DNA from: Guillardia theta CCMP2712
Taxonomy: Eukaryota; Protista; Cryptophyta
Direction of reading: 5' to 3'
Length of the DNA stretch: 64,000 nt
NCBI RefSeq assembly: GCF_000315625.1
Contig: NW_005434590.1
Location: forward strand, 75,419 to 139,418
The position numbers were made by a program, and so were the translations under genes. Positions 48,375 to 64,000 of this stretch are shown here, piece by piece; the first letter of the stretch is position 1; each line of letters begins with the position of its first letter. The notes beneath the pieces are model-generated. The model had not been told where the DNA came from. It worked only from the letters and a program-made list of their open reading frames with translations, and searched no databases.

Positions 48375-49209
48375 CGATACCTGCTCCTGCTCTCTTGCCT
48401 GCTCCTGCTTCTCCTCTCCTCCCTGCTCCTGCTCTTGCTGTCTTTCTCGATCTGCTCCTGCTCCTCGCTCCTCTCAATTCGCTCCTTCTCCTTCTCCTCT
48501 ACATTCTTCCTCTGTACAAATCACTTTCTATTCCCTTTGGCCCCTTTTCCCTCTCCCCCTCTTTTCTGCCTCCGCTCTTCTCCTTCTCCCACCGCCATTC
48601 TTCACGTCGTCGTGCAATCGTTGAAGAGACATCAACTTAGCAACTTCTTCTGCTTTCTTGTTATTCATTACTGGAAACAGACTTTGTTGCTGCATGCTGC
48701 TCTCGTTTTCCTATTATCCTTCAGTCTCCACAGATTTCATCCGATTCCTCTCTTCTTCTCTCTCCTTCTCCTTCTCCACTACCCACCCTCCTTTCCTGTC
48801 CTGTCCTTGCCTTCTCACCTCCTTCCCTACAGCAGTCTGACTCTTGCCTAGTCATTGTTACTATCATCGATTTCTCTGTCCACCCACTTTTTTTCCTCCT
48901 CTTGCAAGTTTTCCCTCCTCCCCTTGCATCAACCTTCTGCTTCCAGTACACGCCTTCCTTGGGGGTAGAGGAAGCAGGGTGCGCGCTCGAATACTCTCCT
49001 CCTCCTCCTCCTCCTCCTCCTCCTCCTTACGTGATCGTCCTGTCTTGCTCGTGTCGACCCGTCGGAGGGCCCAGCAGCAATCATCAGGGGATGTGCATGG
49101 AGAGAAGGAGTGCTGCTGTCTGTGCTTGACGTGCTTGACTACAACCGCTGCATGCAGCTGGGCCTCTCATCTCCCCCCTCCCCCTTGCGACGCCTCTGCT
49201 TTCTCTGTC

Positions 49210-49816
49210 CTAGTCTCGTCCAGCGCTCAAGTGCCTCTGTCTTCTCGTACTCGACGCCCCCGACGGCTCCACAGCTGACTTGTACTCCCACCGGTCCACC
49301 TGCCCTCCAGCAAGCACACCTTGTCAGACCGGTACGCTCAAGCTCTCTCCCCCAGTCCCCGGCAAAGTCCCTCCACTTTGGGCGTCTCCCCGACTCACCG
49401 GGATGAAGACGGTCTTCATCGCTCTACTTCGCCCTGCCCCCGTCATCGGCTGCCCAGGTCTGACTGCGAAGGACCAGGTGCTGTACATGACGTAGCACAG
49501 GTAGGTAAAGACCAGGTGCTGTACATGACGTAGCACAGGTAGGTAAACTCCGTCATGGGTAGTCGCAGTTCTCTGCTGGCTATCCTGCTTAGCAGCTCCT
49601 CCATCTGCAGCCCATCAGCCTGGACATGCCATCGGCAGCAAACAAGTGCGTTCGCTGCCCCGTCGACGGGTTGAGATGCTGCCTTACCAACTCGAAGCTC
49701 TGCTGGTCGTACAGCCATCCCTTCGTCCAGTCAGCAATCATTCTTTTCATGGTAGACCGCATATCGTCTTGTAGATTGCGGTGAAGTGAGCAACGCCATT
49801 GGATCCCCCTTAGCAA
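49210..49816 (-). pseudogene. Spliced gene fragment of unknown function, frameshifted by a 38-bp tandem duplication
   Basis: Minus-strand exons with gtaagg/gtgagt donors: ...GWLYDQQSFEL|ADGLQMEELLSRIASRELRLPMTEFTYLCYVMYSTWS[38-bp duplication at 49472-49547]FAVRPGQPMTGAGRSRAMKTVFIP|VDRWEYKSAVEPSG...*. Confidence 0.4.
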
Positions 49817-49909
49817 AGAAATTGAGAGAGAGATCTGAGTGAGTTGTGATGTAACTGATCATGTTTCGATGACTTGTTCAATTCTATGTAAACCTCCTCC
49901 AAATTCGGA

Positions 49910-50130
49910 GGAGGAGATGGAGGATCGAGTTCGTGCGATGCGGCAGCTGATGCTCCTTCTCTCCTCCCTGCTCCTGCTCCTCCTCTCTTACTCACCACTG
50001 CTCCTCCTGCTGCTTCATACTCTCCAGCTTTCCTCTGTGAAAATCACTTTCTGTCCCGTGCGCTACCCTTCCCTCTCCCTCTTCCATTGTCACTCCGCTG
50101 TTTCCTCCTCTTACCGCCCTCTTCACATCG
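49910..50130 (+). pseudogene. Decayed partial duplicate of 48020-48610 (3' end of the adenylate-kinase-like gene)
   Basis: atggaggatcgagt...cgtgcgatgcggcagctga matches 48027-48082 with a deletion; ttcctctgtgaaaatcactttct matches ttcctctgtacaaatcactttct near 48507. Confidence 0.6.
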
Positions 50131-50879
50131 CATTTCCCTCGTTTGTTATTATTACATCAAGCTCGCCTGTGCGTTAAAACATTTGTCTAGGAATAGTCAA
50201 CAGATCTATCAGTATCTACATATCTACACCTTGCCTCCTCCTTTCTTCTTCCTCCTCCCTCACTGATACTCCTTTCTCCTCTCTCCTCTCTCCTCCTTCC
50301 CTATTCGTCCATGTCTGTGATCTCCATGGTGTTTTCGGAAGAAAGGTCTTGTCTCTTCTCATGAACCTTGGGAAACAAATCTCAACAACCACTCATGGGT
50401 GTAATGAGCGAACATGGTGGGAGGAGAAGGGGAAGGGGAAGAGGAAGGGGAAGAGGAAGAGGAAGAGGAAGAGAGGGGAAGGAGGGTAGGGGGTGGGGGG
50501 GGGGGGGGAGGAGGGGTGTGAGGGAGGGAGGTAAAAGGAGGTCATCATTGGGCGTAAGGGACGAACACTTTTTTTTTTTTTTGTATGNNNNNNNNNNNNN
50601 NNNNNNNNNNNNNNNNNNNNNNNNNNNNNNNNNNNNNNNNNNNNNNNNNNNNNNNNNNNNNNNNNNNNNNNNNNNNNNNNNNNNNNNAGGAGGAGGAGGA
50701 GGAGGAGGAGGAGAGAGAGAGAGAGAGAGGGAGAGTGTGAGGGGGGGTGGTGGAGGGGGGAGGAGGAGGAGGAGTAAAAGAGGGAAGGGGGAAGGAAGAG
50801 ACCAGCAGGACACGAGGAGAGCAGTAGGAGACGAGGAGGATGAGTTTCGAGGAGAGGAGGGATGGAAGAGGACAAGGAA

Positions 50880-57050
<6,171 letters not shown>

Positions 57051-57564
57051 ATCTAACGTTTGGTTGAGATTGTACTTTGTGGCTAAGATTGTGCTTCATT
57101 CAGTTCAACTTAAATTCATTGTCCAGCGGTGCTACTCGTTGAAAGAGAACGATATCACACAACTGAGCTCAACAATATCTCGCTTCGTATCACACGGATA
57201 CAACGTGGTAAAGACTGTTCTGATTCTGGTCTACACACAAAAACCTCCCGAAAACAGTTCTTCATGTGCATTGACGATAATTGGCCCTAGGATCTCGGAC
57301 CTGCCTCCCCTACACCATCAATTGTCCCCAGCTCTTTGGTCAAATTTCAAAGACCTGTCGCATACAGTACCTTCGCAACATCTACGCTCCGCAGCAGAAC
57401 AGAGAAGACATTCTACTCTCATCTGATAGCATCTTTGCTGCAACTTACTATCAGACTCATCACTTTTCTTCTCCTCCCCTCTCCTGTCCTCTCCTCTGTT
57501 CACGACGCCCCCCGCTGATCTCTACTTCCCCTTCCCAGCAGCATGGAAACGCCAGATAACGGAT

Positions 57565-58845
57565 GACCTATATAACACCCCTTCCTTTGACCACCACGAG
57601 TTTTTGTACTGTACCCTACTTCTTTCCCACATAATTGTGCTCAAAATACGGGTACTCAACATACCCCACCCCACATCAAAGCTCAATGCCACAAAGGCAC
57701 ATCAGCAGTAAAAGAAAACCCCTACCCCCCTCGTCCGGCCACTTCCCTGCTGTACCCACCCCTGTTTTCTACCAAAACCTTCTTGTATTTACCCCCCTTC
57801 TCTCAGTCAACTACCCTACCCCTATCTCAAATCCTTGAGACCAGCCAGCCAACCGTCCCCCTGGGTCACTGGCTTATAAAAGTTTTACTTAAAACTTGAA
57901 TGTGACTGAGCCTCCGAGTCCGAGGCCGCGGGCCCGGCGAGTCCGCGGCGGCCGGGCCGGGGCCGACTGCCGGGCCCGGACTTGAACGCCGGGTCACGAA
58001 GTTGCCCGGCCCGATCGTGTGAAAGCTCGGTTTGTTCACGAGTCACCGTATCAGTGGCACACGGTTCAACTGAGCCTTTCTTACTCAAAGTTGAGTCAAA
58101 GATCAGTACGAGTTGTCGGCGTTTACTCAAAGTTAAGTTAAAAAGCAGTACGAGGACAATCAGGCGAGTCGAGGAGGCTTGACCCTGACACTGTCGCACA
58201 GGCCAAACGGCGAGAAGAGAAAAGACAGCGAGAACCAAACCCAATCCCGAGTCCTGCCAACTGCCGGACCGGTGCCTGCTGAGGCGGACTCGATATAGTA
58301 GGCTGATCTAGAATAAAAAGTACCGCAGTACTTGAGAGTCATTTTGGTACAATGATGAATACTTTTATGTTTATAGTTGAATTTCTTTTAGGTTTTAAAA
58401 TTCCTCTTGTGAAGTTCATTTTTGCTCCTACAAATAATTAGATCTTCGGATTTTGATTTTAAAGTCTTTCGAAATCTTTTTTAATTTGTACCAGTGTTGC
58501 AATCTTCATACAAATATTTAGTTAATATTCAAGTAGTCACTAAAAGGTACTACCACACAGTGAGAGCACAATCGATTGGGTAGGGGTCCTGTCCTGGGGT
58601 GGGTAGTTTCATATATAGCTCGCTGGGTACATTGTATGGGGGGTGGGTAATGGAAACCTGAATGTTGGGCAGAGGGGGTTATCCCAACCGAGTTTCTGGA
58701 GGTAGGGTAGTCTATTCAAGAGGGTGAGGGTCCATTCACGGAGGAGCAAAAGGGTACATTTACAATACAATGAAGGGGTACATGGTGAAGTGAGAGGGTA
58801 AGGGGTACCAACTTATTGTAGGATGGGGTGGGTGGGGGTGGGGAG
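57565..58845. promoter_or_regulatory. Divergent intergenic region: ACCC cluster - GC palindromic tract - AT-rich core - GGGT cluster
   Basis: acccc/gtaccc words at 57565-57840, ccgggcccgg-rich tract at 57900-58290, AT-rich segment at 58300-58560, ggggt/gggtac words at 58575-58845. Confidence 0.45.
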
Positions 58846-59292
58846 GAGAAGAGGCGCAGTAGGAGATGGCACTAGGGAGGGAAGTAGGGATAGAGAGGAA
58901 GGGAGGGACGAGAGGAAGAATGGGAGCGGGCGGAGGATGTAAGAAGGGGCAGAATGAATGTTGACAAACAGAGAGAAGAAAATCTAGGAAGAAGAGGATA
59001 AAGGTTGGGTCAGGCAGACGGCATTAGAGAAAATCGGGGCGAGGAATGTATGGAGAATGAGTGGGAAGGAGAGTGATAAGCTTCCGAGGATAGGAAAGTA
59101 CAGGGAAACATAGCAGAGGTGATGGGAAAAGAGGGTGTCTTTTTCCAAGGAGAATTCCATGATAGGAGGTGGAACATCATCATGTGGGATCGACGCTGTA
59201 TTTGGATCCGGAAAGGGGTTGGACAAGGCAGTAGTGTCCTCGCTGTGAAATCATTTTCATGGGTTCACTCCCCAGGTCTCTGTTTCTCGAAG

Positions 59293-61602
59293 ATGTCGGA
59301 CTGGGGGCAGAGTATCAAGGTGCCTTCATGCAATGTCGAGCCTCCTCCCTCTGAGAATTGATAGGAAAATATAAGTTTGTTCCTTGACTCGGTATTTGGC
59401 CCCGAAACCAACCCCAAGTACAATACTTCGTACACAAGTACTGTCCAGAGCAATGCGCCTCAACATCCGCCGAAGTTTTATCCTGGAGGTAGATGTGATA
59501 CACTCTCATACGAAAACTTGCATTGTGAAGAATCACTTTGTTTCGTTTCTTATCGCCTGTTTGCTAGATAAGTTTCATGTCACACCAAGGGAGAGTTACA
59601 GGAGCCAAGCATCCTCCACTTTTGTAGGAGTTCAGGTACTTCGAATATACCAGCGCTGTCTCCTCTCATGGCGATGCCTCTCAGCAAGACTCATACGCAG
59701 ACAGAAACCATTCTTACGAGGTACTCAACTTGGAGGTTTGACGGATTGTGATTGTGATCGAACAGAATGGAAACTCGTATTACAGCCAAGATGATGAAAG
59801 GCCGAAGTTGAAGGTAGATAGGCTTCCTCATGGAAAATCAGGACCAACATCATGCAGGTCTCCGCAGAGTTCATCCAGCCATTCAATACCACCTTTCACA
59901 CCCCCTCCATTGTAAGTTTGTTTTACTTATAACTATCATGAGCTTTTGTGCAGGTCAGCTCCTCTTTACCTTCGAATGTTCGGACGAATGGGTCGTCTAC
60001 TTCAAACATCGGCTAGAAGAGGTCTGCTCACGTGTTATCATGACAGGCAGAACCATTCTTTCAAGCATGTCAATTTCGAAGCAATTTCCAAGTTTCGGAA
60101 GTAATCCTGCAATCAATCGTGATGCGCATCCTCATTTAGTGATCTGCTCTGTCCAGATGGATCCGCGAGCAGGCTGGAGAACAAATCGATGCTCTGGTTT
60201 GTGTTGCATGAGAATTTTAAGAGAGTTGTTTAAGAAAACAAGCAGGTTCTATCTAGACAAGTCAACTATGCGGATTATGCAGTCATCGATAATGAGATGC
60301 AACCAATTACAGACCAGGTGCACATTCCCTCTTCCACATCAACGAGCGAAAGATGATTATTCTGATTCCGGTCTGGTTTATCAGGAGAGCAACGGCTTGT
60401 ACCTATGGAAAGGGAGGACAGTAAGTTGTCTTGGGTACATGGCAACACAGTACGTTGAACATCAATCATGCAGATCAGGGTGGAAGGTCCAGATAGGTTC
60501 AATCCCATCCAAGTTGTAGACGAGCAAACGAACGAGGTCTTTACAGTCTGCTGTTTCAAGCTTCGTGATGACAAGTACAGGTGATCTGGGACATCGCAAA
60601 CCATTCGATCTGGAATGTCCCTTGGGTACATGATTTGTTTTCAGTCGAACAGAGCCCGGAGGTAGTTGGCGTATCCCGGCTGCAGTGTTCCTCATTCTGT
60701 TGCAGAACATCTTGATTGTTGACCGTGCAAGTAGCATTGCTGTGTATGAGTGGGACAGGTTGTTTGACATCATCGATTATGATTAGTTGCCTGAATGCTT
60801 CTTTCCGTGAAACCAGGAGGTACAACGCAGGGAGATGGCTCATTCCTGAAAATGTCAACGGTGCACCTCTGCCAAGCACGGACTTCGGATTTGCAAGCCA
60901 AAGCACGCCCCCATTGCCGCTTGCGAAGGAAGCTCTTGAGGTCGGGACGGACTTGCGCGGCGCTTCTCTACCTCAAGTTCAGAGTCTGCTCCAGACGCTT
61001 TCGCAGGTCGCGATGTCAAGTCCTGCCCTCTCTCGCTTCTGATGATGAGCAGGAGCGCAAGACGATCGAGCTGGTTGTGTTGCGCGGACCAGATGCTGGG
61101 GGCCCAGCAAGGCAGCGGCTGCTGACCCTTCAGGTGCATGGCTGGGCCTAGGGGATTGTTTTCTGATTTAGCTCAGGCTCGCAAGAGTGGGCTGGGGCTT
61201 GCACTGGGGGTACATGAAGAGTCTGGACTTGTCTGCATAGCAGCAGTCAGGTCCTGAGTGACCTCAATCACTGATAAAAGGGTTCCTCAAGTCGTTCAAC
61301 CAGGGCCGGTGGGGCAGCAGCTGAAGCAGACGTGCGAGTAGGGGATCGACTATTGGTGACCTTGAGATATTGATCGTCAGTTCAATCATGATGGTACCTT
61401 AGGTCCTCGACTCGAGAGACGCAGAGCCGTCGGAGTTGGAAGGATATGAGAACGATGGTGATCATTCGTCCTGTACTGCAGGTTGTTGATGCGACTTGTA
61501 CCAGATGGAAATTCAGTTGGGTTGCTCGCGCAGAATGCATATCTTGAACGAGCTATTGATGGACCGGGAACCAGTGTCAGCTCTGGGTCTGGTATCGTGG
61601 TC

Positions 61603-61646
<44 letters not shown>

Positions 61647-61647
61647 T

Positions 61648-61724
<77 letters not shown>

Positions 61725-62486
61725 GGCAGGAGCAGGAAGCGCGCGGGTGCCTGGCTCCGCCAGCTTGGACGACAGACGTGACTTCACGCCTATGACCCAG
61801 AAGCCTGTGTTTCAAGAGTTCGTTGCTGGGCTGCAGTATGTCAACACAGAAGAATCAAAGCGGGAGAAGGGCTTGTCTCAGTCCAACAAGGTACAGCCCT
61901 CTTGAGTGGGATGATTGTTCGTTGATAAAGTATGCAGATTGGTATAGAAACCATCAACGAGCGTGGAGTAGGTAATCTTTCGCTCTTTGTCGCCCTCCGA
62001 TAGCTCCCCTAACATGAAAGTCAGATCCAGTGGTCCTCCCGAGCCCCAAGGATCTCTCTACCTTGTCGAACTTCACGATCCCAGGAGATGTGAGTGTCTT
62101 GTGATGGTTCTTGTCTTGAACTGATGCCTGAGCAGGGGAGCACGACACCGAGCTCTGGCAGACCGAGGTTCTTTCTCTTCCCCCCCAACAATTATCGTCT
62201 CCCAAACCCTCTTGGCAGAGCTCACTTCCTTGAGATTCCAGACTCTGAGTCAAAATCTTCAATCACTCACTTGCCCCCCTACTTCTCTCTCTTGTCCGAT
62301 ACCTTCCTTCCTACTTGTTACTACCTTCCTACTCCTTGCTACCTCACTCATCCTTCCCTTCTACTCCTTTCTTGTCCTGTACGATAACTCATTCCATTCT
62401 TCAGCCGGAGGCTTTCAGGGAAGATCGGAGATCTCATCGGTCGGCTACAGGGGAACAACAGCTCGCAGACCGAAGAGACAGTCTGA
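59293..62486 (+). CDS. Multi-exon PDZ-domain protein with a poly-(GA) tract; start uncertain
   Basis: Exon joins at 61050-61430 give RLLTLQ|ARKSGLGLALGVHEESGLVCIAAVR|AGGAAAEADVRVGDRLL|VLD (PDZ GLGF loop and GD motif). Predicted last exon RRLSGKIGDLIGRLQGNNSSQTEETV*. Confidence 0.68.
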
Positions 62487-62574
62487 TTTCAGGAGCAGCG
62501 AATCGCATCGGAAGCTTGTGACTGACATTTTATTGTTACCTTTAACACTCAGAAGAAGGAGTTTGAATAATTTC

Positions 62575-64000
62575 TTAAGGGACTGACACTGTCTGCGTGT
62601 CCCACGGAAAGAACCTTGACACCTCCACTAGCACCCAGGGGTGAGGAGCCGGCATCCCACCGCGGGCGAAGCCGAGATCGTAGATGGCCATGGTCCGGGC
62701 CCGGAGGTCAAGTTTGACCAGCCCGTTCTGAGCGAGGAGAAACAGAGCATCTTGTGACGGCGATACAGCCGAAGCCCCCAGCACGAGCTGACGCGAGAAC
62801 CTCTCGTCGAAGATCGACATCAGAAGAGTCATCGTGCCGCTGCTGGGGTCGAGCTGAACCAGTTGGAGGGTGTGGTTGCGGGAAGCAACAGCGAGCAGCC
62901 CCAGCGGTCGATCGAGAGGGTCCAGGGGCCTGTCGAGAAACTCCATGCAGGCGAGGCCGCCAAAGGTGTCCTCGTCCCTGACGATGTTGACGTGGGACAG
63001 CAGCTCGCCTGTGGTGGAATCGAGGGCCACGACCATGGTGCGGGTAGCGAAGAAGAATCGCCCTCCTCTGACGTCAGCAGCTGATACTGCTGGGGTGATG
63101 GAGCACTCGAAGGCGAAGCAGAAGCTCTCGAGGCTCCTGGTCGTCACAGTCGCTTGAAGTCTGCGGCAGGGGTCAGCTGGTTGTCCAGCTTGAGACTAGC
63201 TCGTACCTATCATAGCGGAAGAAGACAGTGCCCTGCTCGGGGGACATCAGCAGGCCGAGCAAGGAGCTTGCGTTGGAGTCCCAGGAGAGGAGCAGGACGC
63301 TTCCTGACACGTTGATCGGCACTTCTGATATGGCGGAAGTGACCAGGTCATAGCTGAGGACACGGCTGTTAGCGGCGAAGTAGACGGCTCCTCCCTGAGG
63401 GTCGAGGGTCGACAGGCCCTGAGTGATCCCGTTGACCCCAACGCTCCTCTTGACCATGGCCTGCGGGGAAGTCAGACGGGAGGGAGGGAGGAGTGTCAGC
63501 TGCTGCCTGATTGGAGACGGAGTAGTCGAGAAGAACTGCTTCCTCCCCGCTAAAGAGAGTGATGAAACCTTTGTTGAGGCCCCGGTCGACGACCTTGACG
63601 TTGTGGGCAACGTCGACAGGCGTCAAGTCTGGGAGGAAAGTGGCGTATCCTAACATCTTGGGAGGCAGAGTCAGAGGGAGGGAAGGGAAGGAGGGAGGGA
63701 GGGAGGAGAGAGAGGGAGAGGAAGGGGAGGGAGGAGATGGAGGGAGGGAGGAGAGGGGGAATGGAAGGCATCTACCTGTTCACGCAGTGGCAGCTCAAAC
63801 ACCTTCACTTTTGAAAGCAGGAAGCTAACAGCCGTCCCTTCCGTCGGGTTCCCTCCTGTTGTCAGCAGCAAGCTCGATGAGCCTGCTGCTCCCTGCTGCA
63901 ACTCTGCGGAGATCCCGACGAGGTCGCTGATGGCAGTGTCGTTCCCTGCTCTGAAGGCAGACGAGAGATTGAATCGGAGGAGGGAGCCGGGAGGGAGGAA
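62575..64000 (-). CDS. 3' part of an unknown beta-strand-rich (propeller-like) protein; starts beyond the right edge
   Basis: ORFs 63671-63901, 63369-63656, 63173-63610 and 62575-63147 link through GT-AG introns; repeats such as LDPQGGAVYFAANSRVLSYDL and DVRGGRFFFATRTMVVALD. Confidence 0.65.

Noticed and set aside
49067-49495. F-box-like C-terminal extension of the adenylate-kinase-like gene on the + strand
   Set aside because: The kinase fold ends naturally at the stop at 48374, and the stronger splice signals here are on the minus strand.

Overview
Eukaryotic nuclear DNA from a draft assembly (6 N gaps). It is gene-dense, with many ~45-60 nt introns plus longer introns filled with microsatellites. 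The style resembles a cryptophyte alga such as Guillardia theta; this is an inference I cannot confirm. Most of the ORF track is antisense or low-complexity shadow, so I assembled exons by hand. Genes in order: midasin MDN1/Rea1 (-, runs off the left edge); a protein with a C-terminal SNIP1/Pml1-type FHA domain (+); an EF-hand/WD40/C2-C2/WD40 protein (-); a type II membrane protein of unknown function (+); an EF-hand-like protein (+); 2-oxoglutarate dehydrogenase E1 (-); an SGT/SGTA TPR co-chaperone (+); an intronless RWP-RK gene (+); an MGC-starting adenylate-kinase-like protein with an altered P-loop (+); a disrupted gene fragment (-); a long coiled-coil/TPR protein with a higher-order tandem repeat (-); a PDZ protein predicted to end in ETV (+); and the 3' part of a beta-rich unknown gene (-). 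The most unusual signals are: (i) a recurring intergenic architecture of oriented GGGT(A)/(T)ACCC clusters, GC-rich palindromic GCCGGGCCCG tracts and AT-rich cores; (ii) a 5+2 WD40 propeller split by tandem C2 domains; (iii) the acidic tail of midasin bracketed by two compensating frameshifts; (iv) the altered-P-loop adenylate kinase; (v) repeated GC-AG introns and hairpin-containing local duplications. No rRNA, tRNA, CRISPR array or autonomous transposon was recognised. Boundaries of multi-exon genes are approximate where noted.
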